In this document: positions 18,541 to 28,493 of the stretch, piece by piece
Position numbering within the stretch: the first letter of the stretch is position 1
Layout: the number at the start of each line of letters is the position of its first letter
Source of the DNA: Candidatus Portiera aleyrodidarum
GTDB taxonomy: Bacteria; Pseudomonadota; Gammaproteobacteria; Johnevansiales; Johnevansiaceae
Length of the DNA: 32,000 bases
Direction of reading: 5' to 3'
NCBI RefSeq assembly: GCF_000953295.1
Contig: NZ_LN649255.1
Location: 90,001-122,000, forward strand
The notes under the pieces: model-generated
What the model was told of the DNA's origin: nothing
The model's database searches: none
What the model saw: the letters and a program-made list of their open reading frames with translations, nothing else
Position numbers and translations under genes: made by a program

Positions 18541-21399
18541 TCATACAAATAAACGTACCTCACCTGGTCCTCCTGGTAAATTAGCAATTGATCTAGCACA
18601 CAATGTAGGATGCGAATTATATTTACCGACATCTGATAATCTTTCCCAACTCCGCTCACATTTTTTGTATTTACTCTTTTCTACTAAGACTTGTAATCCA
18701 GATAACTCTGTTACTTTTGCACTTTTATTAATACCTTTTTTAATATAAGCTGCTGATGTGATTAAAACAAACCGCAATTCTCCTCTCAACTTTGCTAATA
18801 ATTTATAATAAGTATCATTTACATATAAAGTAACATTTGCATCTAAAGAACTTTTAATTAATTTTTTATTACGATAACCTTCCAAACATTTATTTACTTC
18901 ATTTTTTACTGCTATAATTATTTCCCAAAACTCACGGTCCATTGCAGCATCTTTAGGTAATGGAATTAAATTCTTATAATAAGTCTCTAACAAAATACTT
19001 GATTTACAACGTTTTCCAGGTAAGTTTTCATAAATTTCTTCCGCTGTAAATGAACATATTGGTGAAAGCCAACGAGACATAGCTTCAACTATGTGATATA
19101 AAGCTGTTTGACAACTTCTCCGATATAAAGAATTCTTTTGAGTTGTATATTGTCGATCTTTAATTATATCTAAATAAAAACTTCCCAAGTCTTTAGTACA
19201 AAAAAGATAAATTTGTTGATATATTTCAATAAACTGATATTTTTTATAAGCTTTTTTTATCCTTTTTTGCAAATTTCCTGCTCTATCTAAAGCCCATCTA
19301 TCTAAAGCCAACAATTTTTCTGGTACTATAATATTTTTATCAGGATCAAAACCTCTTAAATTAGCCATTATAAATCTTGTTGTATTTCGTATCCTTCTAT
19401 ATGAATCAGAAATCTGTTTCATAATTTCTTCTGACATAGTCATTTCTTTTTCATAATCATTTGAAACTACCCACAAACGTAAAATATCAGCACCATATTT
19501 TTTTATTATTTTTTGTGGAGATATTACATTTCCTATTGATTTTGACATTTTCCGTCCTTTGGAATCTACAGTAAAACCATGACTTAATAGTTCTTTATAT
19601 GGTGCATAACCGTTAATCCCGGCCCCAGTAATTAATGAAGTATGAAACCAACCTCTAAATTGATCTATTCCTTCTAAATATAAATCAGCCTTCTCTTCTT
19701 TTAAATTATAACCACGCATCACATGAAAATGCGTAGTTCCAGAATCAAACCAAACATCTAAAATATCATTTACTTTTTTATATTCTCTAGCTTCATCCTC
19801 TCCAATAAATTCACAACTTTTTATTTTAACCCATGCTTCAATCCCTTCCGTTTCTACTTTTTTTGCAATTCTTTCCATAATATCTATTGTACGTTTGTGT
19901 AATAAGCCTGTTTTTCTATGTATAAAAAATGGTAATGGAACACCCCAACTTCTTTGCCTAGAAATACACCAATCAGGTCTATTAGTTATCATAGAGCTCA
20001 ACCGGGTTTTTCCATTATTAGGATAAAATTTTACTTTTTTAATACTTTCTAAAGCTTTTTTACGTAATGATTTTTTTCCTACATCCATTCCAATGAACCA
20101 TTGAAAGGTAGCCCTTTTTATTAACGGCTTTTTATGACGCCAACAATGCATATAACTATGTAATATTTTTTCTTTAGCTAGTAATTTTTTACTCGAATTT
20201 AATTTTTCTATAATTTCTACATTAGCTTTCCATATTAACTTTCCTCCAAATACTGGTAAAGATTTAATGTAAAATCCATTACCTTTAACTAAATTTAACA
20301 TACTTTCTTTAGTTTTAAGCTTACTATTACTAAAAGCAATAAAATCTTCTTCGCCATGCGCTGGCGCTGAATGTATTATTCCTGTTCCTGTTTTTATATC
20401 TATATAATTTACTATATCTATTGTAGTTATTCTATCGTAAAATGAATCTATATTATGTAAAGGATGTTTAAATCTAAGATTTTCTAAATTTTTCCCATAA
20501 GTTTTAGCAATTATTTTTCCTTTTAACTTATATCTTAATAAACATTTCTCAACTAAGTTTTCCGCTAAAATTATAAACCTCGAACCTACATCTACCAAAG
20601 CATAAATACAATCAGGTTGCACATGTAATGCATGATTAGCTGGAATTGTCCAAGGTGTTGTTGTCCAAATTACTACAGCTATTGGTTTTTCTATATATTT
20701 CTTAATACCAAAAACTTTTATTAAATTATAATTATCAATACTTGATAACGCCACATCGATTGCTACTGATTTTTTTTCTAAATAATCTACTTCTGATTCT
20801 GCTAAAGCTGATTCACAATCAAAACACCAATTTACTGGTTTCAATCCTCTAAAAACGTAACCTTTTTTTACCAATTCAGCTAAAGCTCTTATTATACCGG
20901 CTTGATTAATAAAATCCATTGTCCGATAAGCATTATCCCAATCACCTAATATACCTAACCTAATAAAATCTAATTTTTGACTATAAATTTGTTTCTCTGC
21001 ATAATTCCGGCAAAAATTCATAATTTGTTTTGATGTTAATTTTTTCCCATTATTATTTTTCTCTATTTGAAGTTCTATAGGTAAACCATGACAATCCCAT
21101 CCTGGTAAATAACAAGAATCATAACCTGCTAAATTTTTAGATTTTATAATTATATCTTTAAGTATTTTATTTACTGCATGACCTATATGAATTTTACCAT
21201 TGGCATAAGGCGGGCCATCGTGTAATATAAATTTTTTACAACCTTTACGAAGATTCCTTAATTTTTTGTAAATTTCCATTTTTCTCCATTTTTTCAATAT
21301 AAAAGGTTCTTTTATAGATAAATTACCTTTCATTGGAAATTTTGTCATTGGTAAATTCAATGTATTTTTATATTTACTTATTTTTCTTTTTAATTCCAT
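18541..21399 (-). CDS. ileS: Isoleucine--tRNA ligase
   Basis: 952 aa. HIGH region HDGPPYANGKIHIGHAVNK, KMSKS region GRKMSKSIGN, and a CP1 editing region (TTTPWTIPAN) are present. Confidence 0.95.
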   Translation of the reverse strand: MELKRKISKYKNTLNLPMTKFPMKGNLSIKEPFILKKWRKMEIYKKLRNLRKGCKKFILHDGPPYANGKIHIGHAVNKILKDIIIKSKNLAGYDSCYLPGWDCHGLPIELQIEKNNNGKKLTSKQIMNFCRNYAEKQIYSQKLDFIRLGILGDWDNAYRTMDFINQAGIIRALAELVKKGYVFRGLKPVNWCFDCESALAESEVDYLEKKSVAIDVALSSIDNYNLIKVFGIKKYIEKPIAVVIWTTTPWTIPANHALHVQPDCIYALVDVGSRFIILAENLVEKCLLRYKLKGKIIAKTYGKNLENLRFKHPLHNIDSFYDRITTIDIVNYIDIKTGTGIIHSAPAHGEEDFIAFSNSKLKTKESMLNLVKGNGFYIKSLPVFGGKLIWKANVEIIEKLNSSKKLLAKEKILHSYMHCWRHKKPLIKRATFQWFIGMDVGKKSLRKKALESIKKVKFYPNNGKTRLSSMITNRPDWCISRQRSWGVPLPFFIHRKTGLLHKRTIDIMERIAKKVETEGIEAWVKIKSCEFIGEDEAREYKKVNDILDVWFDSGTTHFHVMRGYNLKEEKADLYLEGIDQFRGWFHTSLITGAGINGYAPYKELLSHGFTVDSKGRKMSKSIGNVISPQKIIKKYGADILRLWVVSNDYEKEMTMSEEIMKQISDSYRRIRNTTRFIMANLRGFDPDKNIIVPEKLLALDRWALDRAGNLQKRIKKAYKKYQFIEIYQQIYLFCTKDLGSFYLDIIKDRQYTTQKNSLYRRSCQTALYHIVEAMSRWLSPICSFTAEEIYENLPGKRCKSSILLETYYKNLIPLPKDAAMDREFWEIIIAVKNEVNKCLEGYRNKKLIKSSLDANVTLYVNDTYYKLLAKLRGELRFVLITSAAYIKKGINKSAKVTELSGLQVLVEKSKYKKCERSWERLSDVGKYNSHPTLCARSIANLPGGPGEVRLFV

Positions 21400-21408
21400 A
21401 AAATATTG

Positions 21409-21687
21409 TTAAATAACCTTTTTATTAAATTCTATTTTAATTTTTAAATTAAGCCTACTTTTTATACGTGCTGATTTTTTTTTTGATATAATATTTTTCT
21501 CAGCTAGTTTATCAATAACAGATTGTGCTTTATAAAATTCATCCATAGATAAATTATAATTTTTTAATTTAATTGCTTTTAATACTCGCTTAATAAAAGT
21601 ACGTAGCATTGAACGTTTACTTGAATTCTGTTTACGTCTTATTTCTGACTGGATAGCTCTTTTTATAGATTTTTTTATTTTCTCCAT
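21409..21687 (-). CDS. rpsT: 30S ribosomal protein S20
   Basis: 92 aa. KSIKRAIQSEIRRKQNSSKRSMLRTFIKRV matches E. coli S20 ([31 protein letters not shown]). The ATG shares one nt with the obg stop (TAATG). Confidence 0.9.
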   Translation of the reverse strand: MEKIKKSIKRAIQSEIRRKQNSSKRSMLRTFIKRVLKAIKLKNYNLSMDEFYKAQSVIDKLAEKNIISKKKSARIKSRLNLKIKIEFNKKVI

Positions 21688-22682
21688 TATTTATTTCCTC
21701 TTTTCAAAAAAAGAAATGCTGATTTCATTAATTCATAACATCCATAATTTTTTTTAGCAGATATAAAAAACACATTATTCCTATCCCACCAATCTAATCC
21801 TTTAATAATAGTTTCTATCATTTGTTTTTTTTTATATTTAGGAACTTTATCTAACTTATTCAATACTAACCACCTAGGTCTTTTAATAATATCAACATAT
21901 ATTTTTTTAATTTCATTAATAATACCTAATGTAGAATCTATAATATTATAAGTCATCAGATCTATGATCTGAAATATAATTCTTATCCGTGTAAAATGTT
22001 TTATAAATTTTAATCCCAAACCAACCCCATTCTCAGCACCAATAATTAATCCAGGTACATCAGCCATAATAAAATATGATTTTTTACTTAATTTTACTAA
22101 ACCTAAATAAGGTCTTAATGTAGTAAATGGATAATTTGCTACTTTTGGTAATGCAGAAGTAACAGATCTTAATAAAGTTGATTTTCCTGCATTAGGCAAA
22201 CCTAATAATCCTACATCAGCTAGCAATTTTAATTCAATATATAATTTCCGATATTCTCCTACTGTACCTTTCCTAATCTCACTTGAATTTTTATTATATA
22301 TTTTTTTTAAATTACCAATTCCACAACTTCCACCTTTCGCTACCTTAATTTTTTGCTTATGTTTTATAATATCTCCTATTAATTCCCAAGTTTGTGCATC
22401 TCTTAATATTGTGCCAATTGGTACCTTTATATAAATATCTTTACCTTTTATTCCATTCTTTTTTTTAGATTTTCCATTTTTTCCATTTTCTGCTTTATAA
22501 ATTTTTTTATAATTAAAAGCAATCAATGTATTTAGAGATCTATCTCCTATACAAAAAATATTACCTCCTTTTCCTCCATTACCTCCATCTGGCCCACCTT
22601 TTTTTTCTCTACGTAAACTTAAACAACCGTTCCCACCTTTCCCTGCTTCAATAAAAATACAAACTTCATCAATAAATTGCAT
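21687..22682 (-). CDS. obg: GTPase Obg/CgtA (short form, no C-terminal extension)
   Basis: 331 aa. Obg-fold N-terminus MQFIDEVCIFIEAGKGGNGCLSLRREK...GGNGGKGGN. G motifs GLPNAGKST, DVPGLI and NKLD are present. It follows rplU-rpmA, as is typical. Confidence 0.92.
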   Translation of the reverse strand: MQFIDEVCIFIEAGKGGNGCLSLRREKKGGPDGGNGGKGGNIFCIGDRSLNTLIAFNYKKIYKAENGKNGKSKKKNGIKGKDIYIKVPIGTILRDAQTWELIGDIIKHKQKIKVAKGGSCGIGNLKKIYNKNSSEIRKGTVGEYRKLYIELKLLADVGLLGLPNAGKSTLLRSVTSALPKVANYPFTTLRPYLGLVKLSKKSYFIMADVPGLIIGAENGVGLGLKFIKHFTRIRIIFQIIDLMTYNIIDSTLGIINEIKKIYVDIIKRPRWLVLNKLDKVPKYKKKQMIETIIKGLDWWDRNNVFFISAKKNYGCYELMKSAFLFLKRGNK

Positions 22683-22692
22683 ATTTTTTCTA

Positions 22693-22944
22693 TTACTTTG
22701 TTATAATCCTAACACTCTTACGTTTACCTTTTTTCTCATATTTAATATACCCATTTCTTAATGCAAATAATGTATAGTCTTTACCTATCCCTACACCATT
22801 TCCCGCATTAAATTTAGTACCTCGTTGCCTTACAATTATATTACCAGCCCTAACAGATTGACCCCCATATAACTTAATACCCAAACGTTTGGAATGCGAG
22901 TCTCTGCCATTTCTTGTGCTACCTGCCGCTTTTTTTTGAGCCAT
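22693..22944 (-). CDS. rpmA: 50S ribosomal protein L27
   Basis: 83 aa. [48 protein letters not shown] is canonical L27. Confidence 0.95.
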   Translation of the reverse strand: MAQKKAAGSTRNGRDSHSKRLGIKLYGGQSVRAGNIIVRQRGTKFNAGNGVGIGKDYTLFALRNGYIKYEKKGKRKSVRIITK

Positions 22945-22949
22945 TTAAA

Positions 22950-23267
22950 TCAATTTCCTTTAATTTTTATAATTTTAATTTCAGTAAACCTTTGTCTATG
23001 TCCTTGTTGCTTCATATGATGTTTCCTTCTTTTAAAATGTATTATTTTTATTTTTTTTTCTTTCTTATGTGCAATTACTTCTACACTAACCTTGGCCTTT
23101 TTTATAAAAGGTTTTCCTATTTTTATTTTTTTATTTTTTTCATCAAGTAAAAGTACTTTTTCTATTTCAAATAATTTTCCAATTTCTAAATTTAACTTTT
23201 CAATTTTTATTTTTTGGCCTTCTTTTACAATATATTGTTTACTTCCACTTTTTATAACTGCATACAT
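22950..23267 (-). CDS. rplU: 50S ribosomal protein L21
   Basis: 105 aa. MYAVIKSGSKQYIVKEGQ and the C-terminal HFKRRKHHMKQQGHRQRFTEIKI are typical of L21. Confidence 0.92.
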   Translation of the reverse strand: MYAVIKSGSKQYIVKEGQKIKIEKLNLEIGKLFEIEKVLLLDEKNKKIKIGKPFIKKAKVSVEVIAHKKEKKIKIIHFKRRKHHMKQQGHRQRFTEIKIIKIKGN

Positions 23268-23345
23268 TAACTGTTTTCCTTAATTTTTCTTTTTATATAT
23301 CCTATACATTTTATAATAATATGATAATATCTCTTATATAAGACC

Positions 23346-23428
23346 TATTTTCATCATCAAAATTATCTATTTTTTACTTTCATATCATATTTTTCTTTAA
23401 AAAGGTATTTCATCATCAAAATTATCTA
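23346..23428. repeat. Direct repeat: the ssb 3'-terminal coding sequence is duplicated 60 bp downstream of itself
   Basis: 23406..23428 (tatttcatcatcaaaattatcta) lies inside ssb and encodes DNFDDEI. 23346..23369 (tattttcatcatcaaaattatcta) lies in the ssb-rplU spacer. The two are identical except for one extra T. Confidence 0.85.
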
Positions 23429-23819
23429 AATTTTCATCTTCTATATTTTTTTTAACTACATTACTATTTTTATTTTTTCCTCCCCTAAAATTTAGTATTT
23501 GTATATCACTTGCTACTATTTCTGTAATCTCACGGTTTTCTCCAGTTTGTGTTTGCCATTTCCTTGTTTGCATCCTCCCTTCAATATAAACACGTGAACC
23601 TCTTTTTAAATATTGTTGGACTATTGAAGCTAATTTATTAAATACTACAATTGTATGCCATTCTGTACGTTCTTTTATTTGTCCCCTATGCTTATCTTTC
23701 CAAGTATCTGTTGTTGCTAGTTTAAAATTACACACTGGATTTCCTGAAGCAGAATAACGTATTTCAGGATCTTTACCTAAATTACCTATTAATATTACTT
23801 TATTCACACCACGCCCCAT
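23397..23819 (-). CDS. ssb: Single-stranded DNA-binding protein
   Basis: 140 aa. OB-fold N-terminus [22 protein letters not shown], and TEWH..V.F. The acidic C-terminal tip is [15 protein letters not shown] lies 9 nt upstream of the ATG. Confidence 0.92.
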   Translation of the reverse strand: MGRGVNKVILIGNLGKDPEIRYSASGNPVCNFKLATTDTWKDKHRGQIKERTEWHTIVVFNKLASIVQQYLKRGSRVYIEGRMQTRKWQTQTGENREITEIVASDIQILNFRGGKNKNSNVVKKNIEDENLDNFDDEIPF

Positions 23820-23870
23820 CTCTTTTATCTCCTTTTCTTGTTGGTTGTTTTGTTTATGGTTGGTTTATGT

Positions 23871-23894
23871 TAATATCTAAACTAATATCTAAAC
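23871..23894. repeat. 12-bp exact tandem duplication spanning the rplQ stop codon
   Basis: The plus strand reads taatatctaaac taatatctaaac. The minus strand reads GTT TAG ATA TTA GTT TAG ATA TTA, giving two in-frame TAG codons 12 nt apart. Confidence 0.85.
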
Positions 23895-24239
23895 TAATAA
23901 TACTAATGCTATAATTGCATTATCTCCATGTCTCAACCCACTTTTTAAAATTCTTATATAACCTCCATTCCGCATAATATAACGAGGACCAATTTCTTTA
24001 AATAATTTTACTACAATTTCTTTAGATTTAATACTCTTAAAAACTAATCTCCTATTATATACTGTATCTTTTTTAGATAAAGTAATTAAAGGTTCTATAT
24101 AAAAACGTAATTCCTTTGCTTTAGATAATGTTGTTTTTATTTTTTCATGTTTTATTAAAGATAAACATAAATTTTTAAACATCGAATTGCGATGTGAAAC
24201 ACTCATATTTAAATGCCGACCCTTTTTTCGATGCCGCAT
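23889..24239 (-). CDS. rplQ: 50S ribosomal protein L17
   Basis: 116 aa. [24 protein letters not shown]....[17 protein letters not shown] is canonical L17. It follows rpoA. Confidence 0.92.
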   Translation of the reverse strand: MRHRKKGRHLNMSVSHRNSMFKNLCLSLIKHEKIKTTLSKAKELRFYIEPLITLSKKDTVYNRRLVFKSIKSKEIVVKLFKEIGPRYIMRNGGYIRILKSGLRHGDNAIIALVLLV

Positions 24240-24268
24240 AACTTTTTACCTTTCCTTTCTTAAATTTT

Positions 24269-25249
24269 TCATAACCTTTTTCCTCCAGGTGGCCATAACT
24301 CTATATGCATTCCTAATGATAACCCTCTAATTTTTAAAACATTTTTTATTTCATTTAATGATTTTTTTCCAAGATTAGGTGTTTTTAATAATTCTACTTC
24401 TGTTCTTTTAACTAAATCACCAATATAATAAATATTTTCAGCTTTAAGACAATTTGCACTTCTTACTGTTAATTCTAAATCATCAACTGGTAAAAGCAAA
24501 GCATGATCAATTTTCTTATCTTTAATTTTTTCAACCTCTACCTCTTGTTTTTTTTTACATGATAAATCAACAAAAGCATCCAACTGATTTCTTAAAATAT
24601 TTGCTGACCTACGTATTGCTTCTTCTGGATTTAATGTTCCATTCGTTTCTAAATCTATTACTAATTTATCCAACTCTGTATTTTGTTCTACTCTTGCAGA
24701 TTCTACAAAATAAGCTACTCTCCTAATAGGACTAAAATTTGCATCTATTGGTATCCGACCTCTTTTCATATTTTTTTTCTTCCGTCTCTCAGCTGTCTCA
24801 TACCCTATACCTCTAACAATGCGTAATTTCATCTTAAGTTCTCCATGATCATTAAGATGTGCTATAATATGATCTGGATTAATTATCTCTACATCATGAC
24901 TTCCAGTTATATCTCCTGCTTTGACTACACATGGACCTATTTTATTTAATAACACCTCTACATCATCACTTCCATACATTTTTATTACAATTTCTTTAAT
25001 ATTAAGAATAATTTCTATTACATCTTCTTTTATACCTTCTATTACACTATATTCATGTTCCACTCCCTTTATTTCTGCTTCTATTACTGCACAGCCTGGC
25101 ATATAAGATAACAGGATCCGGCGCAAAGCATTTCCTAATGTATGACCAAATCCACGTTCAAAGGGTTCTAAAACTATTTTTGCATGATTAGCACCAATCT
25201 CTTCTACTTTTATATTGCTAGGACGAATAAATTCTTTTAATGAACTCAT
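24269..25249 (-). CDS. rpoA: DNA-directed RNA polymerase subunit alpha
   Basis: 326 aa. [22 protein letters not shown], and the C-terminal domain [41 protein letters not shown], are present. Confidence 0.95.
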   Translation of the reverse strand: MSSLKEFIRPSNIKVEEIGANHAKIVLEPFERGFGHTLGNALRRILLSYMPGCAVIEAEIKGVEHEYSVIEGIKEDVIEIILNIKEIVIKMYGSDDVEVLLNKIGPCVVKAGDITGSHDVEIINPDHIIAHLNDHGELKMKLRIVRGIGYETAERRKKKNMKRGRIPIDANFSPIRRVAYFVESARVEQNTELDKLVIDLETNGTLNPEEAIRRSANILRNQLDAFVDLSCKKKQEVEVEKIKDKKIDHALLLPVDDLELTVRSANCLKAENIYYIGDLVKRTEVELLKTPNLGKKSLNEIKNVLKIRGLSLGMHIELWPPGGKRL

Positions 25250-25268
25250 AATAATATAATTACCTATT

Positions 25269-25883
25269 TTACTTAGAATATAATTCTACAATTAACTTTT
25301 CGTTAATATCAGTAGATAACACAATCCTATCTGGTAATTTTTTTAAAATTCCTTCCATCTTTTTTTCATCTACCTGAATCCAATTTGCCCTATTATTAGC
25401 TATCGAAAGTGCATTTTTTATTCTTATTTGGTTCCTAGATTTTTCCCTTATAGATATCACATCTCCTATATTAACTTTATAAGAAGCTATATTTACTATT
25501 TTTCCATTAACTTTAATAGCTTTATGATTTACTAATTGTCTGGCTTCAGCCCGGGTAACGCTAAAACCCATTCTATAAACTATATTATCTAATCGAGTCT
25601 CTAAACTTTGCAATAACTCTTCTCCAGGGTCACCTTTTTTTTTAGCTGCTTTTTTATAATAAATTTTAAACTGTTTTTCTAATATTCCATAAATTCTACG
25701 AACTTTTTGTTTTTCACGTAACTGTTTTCCATATTCTGTTATTCTATTCCGATGTATTTTATTTTGCCCTGGCATCTTATCTCTTTTACATTTTTTTTCA
25801 ATAGATACAATCCCACTTTTTAAAAACAAATCTGTTCCTTCCCTTCGAGCTAACTTACATTTGGGTCCTAAATAACGTGCCAT
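25269..25883 (-). CDS. rpsD: 30S ribosomal protein S4
   Basis: 204 aa. [24 protein letters not shown], and the S4 domain [21 protein letters not shown], are present. Confidence 0.95.
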   Translation of the reverse strand: MARYLGPKCKLARREGTDLFLKSGIVSIEKKCKRDKMPGQNKIHRNRITEYGKQLREKQKVRRIYGILEKQFKIYYKKAAKKKGDPGEELLQSLETRLDNIVYRMGFSVTRAEARQLVNHKAIKVNGKIVNIASYKVNIGDVISIREKSRNQIRIKNALSIANNRANWIQVDEKKMEGILKKLPDRIVLSTDINEKLIVELYSK

Positions 25884-25904
25884 AATTCTTTCCTTTCTAT
25901 TTTT

Positions 25905-26282
25905 TTATACTCTTCTTCTTTTAGGGGGCCTACATCCATTATGTGGTATTGGTGTTGCATCAGTAATACTTTTTACATTTAATCCATGAGCATTTAATGC
26001 TCTGACAGCTGAATCTCTACCTGGACCAGGTCCTTTAACGATAACATCTATATTTTTTATTCCGTATTCTGATGCTGCTTTTGCTGCTCGTTCACTTGCG
26101 ATTTGTGCTGCAAATGGAGTACTTTTTCTCGATCCTCTAAATCCTGAACACCCTGACGTTGCCCAAGCTAAAGTATTTCCATTTATATCTGTAATAGTAA
26201 CAATAGTATTATTAAACGAAGCATTTATATGCGCGATTGCATCCACAATTTTTTTTTTTATTTTTTTCTTAACTTTCTTCAT
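25905..26282 (-). CDS. rpsK: 30S ribosomal protein S11
   Basis: 125 aa. [39 protein letters not shown] and the C-terminal [16 protein letters not shown] are present. Confidence 0.95.
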   Translation of the reverse strand: MKKVKKKIKKKIVDAIAHINASFNNTIVTITDINGNTLAWATSGCSGFRGSRKSTPFAAQIASERAAKAASEYGIKNIDVIVKGPGPGRDSAVRALNAHGLNVKSITDATPIPHNGCRPPKRRRV

Positions 26283-26285
26283 CTA

Positions 26286-26331
26286 ATATTTCTTCCTTTC
26301 TTATTTTTATATTTCTTCCTTTCTTATTTTT
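26286..26331. repeat. Exact 23-bp tandem duplication across the rpsM stop / rpsK ribosome-binding site
   Basis: The plus strand reads atatttcttcctttcttattttt twice (26286..26308 and 26309..26331). The minus-strand unit is AAAAATAAGAAAGGAAGAAATAT and contains the AAGGAAG Shine-Dalgarno of rpsK. Confidence 0.95.
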
Positions 26332-26669
26332 GTCTTTTTTTTACAAGTCCTAGCATTCGTCTTTGTACGTTGGCCTCGTACTGGTAGATTTCTTTTGTGT
26401 CTCAAACCTCGATAACAACCTAAATCTATTAATCTTTTTATATTAATCGATACTTCACGACGTAAATCCCCTTCTACTATAAATTTACTAATTTTTTTCC
26501 GTAACTTCTCTAATTCTTTAGAATTCAATTCTCTTACTTTTATATTTTTTTCTATACCAAGTTTTTTACAAATAAGATTAGATCTATATTTTCCTATCCC
26601 ATATATATATCTTAACGCTACCGATACACTTTTATTATCTGGTATATTAACTCCTGCGATCCGTGCCAT
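26307..26669 (-). CDS. rpsM: 30S ribosomal protein S13
   Basis: 120 aa. [27 protein letters not shown] and [21 protein letters not shown] are canonical S13. The C-terminal KIRKEEI is encoded by the upstream copy of the 23-bp duplication. Confidence 0.95.
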   Translation of the reverse strand: MARIAGVNIPDNKSVSVALRYIYGIGKYRSNLICKKLGIEKNIKVRELNSKELEKLRKKISKFIVEGDLRREVSINIKRLIDLGCYRGLRHKRNLPVRGQRTKTNARTCKKKTKIRKEEI

Positions 26670-26681
26670 CTATACCTTCTC

Positions 26682-26795
26682 CTAACCCTGACGTTGCTTA
26701 TGACGCAAATCTTTACATATAACTCTTATTTTTCCTTTTCTACGTATCACTTTACAATTTATACAGATTTTTTTTACTGATGTTCTAACTTTCAT
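26682..26795 (-). CDS. rpmJ: 50S ribosomal protein L36
   Basis: Not in the ORF track (37 aa). The hand translation [37 protein letters not shown] matches E. coli [38 protein letters not shown]. The CxxC...C....H zinc ligands are retained. The ATG shares one nt with the secY stop. Confidence 0.92.
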   Translation of the reverse strand: MKVRTSVKKICINCKVIRRKGKIRVICKDLRHKQRQG

Positions 26796-28057
26796 TAAAT
26801 TTCCTTTTTATTTCTATATCCTACTATTTCATACTTCTTTGACATTAAATAAGATTGTATTTGAGTTATAAAATCCATTACAACTACTACCATTATTAAT
26901 ATTGATGTTCCTCCAAAATAGAAAGGTATAGTACAATATACCATAATAATTTGTGGGATTAAAGAAAAAAATGTAATATATATAGCGCCAAATAAATTTA
27001 ATTTTTTTGTTACTTTCTCTATATATCTAGCTGTTTTTTCACCTGGCCTTATACCTTGTATAACCCCTCCCGTTTTTTTTAAATTAAATGCCACTTCTTT
27101 TGAATTAAAAATTATTGAGGTATAAAAAAAAGAAAAAAATATTACAGAAACTACAAAAAATATGATATATAAAGGCTTGCCTGGACTTAATGCTTGTATT
27201 ATTCCATTTGACTTATTTATCCACTGCCCTAATGAAGCTGTAAATAACAAAATACTTGAAGCAAATATAGGGGGAATTACCCCAGCCATATTAACTTTAA
27301 TTGGTAAATAACTACTTTGACTTGCATACATTTTCTTTCCTATTTGATGACGTGGATAATTTACCTTAATTCTTCTTTGACCACTCTCTATTAATACAAT
27401 TAGGGCAATCTTTATTATTACTAATATTAATAATTCAAATATTGGGATTAGATCCCATGAATTATCTTTTCTTGTCAAATATAATGTTTTTTTTAAAGCA
27501 TTAGGAACACCTGCTAATAATCCTGAAAATATTATTAATGAAATCCCATTACCTATTCCTTTTTCTGTTATTTGTTCTCCCAACCACATTAAAAATATAG
27601 CGCCAGTAACAAATGTTAATATTATTGTCAAATAAAAAATCAACCCCTTGTAATTTAGTACCTTTCTTCCTACTAATCCTAATGCTATACCTGTTGATTG
27701 TATAAAAGCTAATATTACTGTACTATATCTTATATATTTTGTTATCTTATTTTTTCCTAATTCTCCTTCTTTTTTTAATTTTTCAATTTTTGGAAAACTT
27801 ACTGACATTAATTGTATTATTATTGATGCAGAAATATAAGGCATCAACCCAAGAGAAAAAATACTCATTCTTTCTAATGCCCCACCAGAAAACATATTAA
27901 ATAAACTAATTATATTTGCATTATTTTCTTTAAATAATATAGATAATTGATATGTATTAATTCCTGGTACTGGAATATGCACACCTATTCTATAAATTAT
28001 AATTGAAACTAAAATAAAACGAATTTTTTTCAAAAGTTCTTTATATATATTAATCAT
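26795..28057 (-). CDS. secY: Protein translocase subunit SecY
   Basis: 420-aa polytopic membrane protein in the canonical rplO-secY-rpmJ position. The motifs [37 protein letters not shown] and GGTS.LI.V.V are present. Confidence 0.95.
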   Translation of the reverse strand: MINIYKELLKKIRFILVSIIIYRIGVHIPVPGINTYQLSILFKENNANIISLFNMFSGGALERMSIFSLGLMPYISASIIIQLMSVSFPKIEKLKKEGELGKNKITKYIRYSTVILAFIQSTGIALGLVGRKVLNYKGLIFYLTIILTFVTGAIFLMWLGEQITEKGIGNGISLIIFSGLLAGVPNALKKTLYLTRKDNSWDLIPIFELLILVIIKIALIVLIESGQRRIKVNYPRHQIGKKMYASQSSYLPIKVNMAGVIPPIFASSILLFTASLGQWINKSNGIIQALSPGKPLYIIFFVVSVIFFSFFYTSIIFNSKEVAFNLKKTGGVIQGIRPGEKTARYIEKVTKKLNLFGAIYITFFSLIPQIIMVYCTIPFYFGGTSILIMVVVVMDFITQIQSYLMSKKYEIVGYRNKKEI

Positions 28058-28491
28058 TAATTCTTAATTTTTCCCCCATTTTTTTCAATTTCATTACGTA
28101 CTCTTCTAGTTACATTTATTCCTCTAATAATAACTGGTTTTTTAAATTCACCTGAACTAATTATTTTAACAAATTTCGTTGATTTTTTTATTACTTTAGC
28201 TTTTTTTAAAGTACTTATATCAATAAAATTACTTTTAACTTTTGCCAATTTTAAAATACCTATTTCTTCTGAAAATAACGATTTTTTTGAAAAAAAACCA
28301 AATTTAGGGACTATACGTTTTAATGGTAATTGACCACCTTCAAAACCTGGTTTTATTTTTTTTCCTGATCTTGCTTTTTGGCCTTTATGCCCTCTTCCGC
28401 AAGTTTTTCCTTTACCTGAACCTATCCCCCTACCTAATCTTTTTTTTTCTTTTTTAGAACCTCTTTCAGGTTTTAATTTATTTAATTTCAC
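28057..28491 (-). CDS. rplO: 50S ribosomal protein L15
   Basis: 144 aa. (M)KLNKLKPERGSKKEKKRLGRGIGSGKGKTCGRGHKGQKARSG is colinear with E. coli L15 from residue 1. The start codon is GTG. Confidence 0.93.
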   Translation of the reverse strand: MKLNKLKPERGSKKEKKRLGRGIGSGKGKTCGRGHKGQKARSGKKIKPGFEGGQLPLKRIVPKFGFFSKKSLFSEEIGILKLAKVKSNFIDISTLKKAKVIKKSTKFVKIISSGEFKKPVIIRGINVTRRVRNEIEKNGGKIKN

Positions 28492-28493
28492 TT

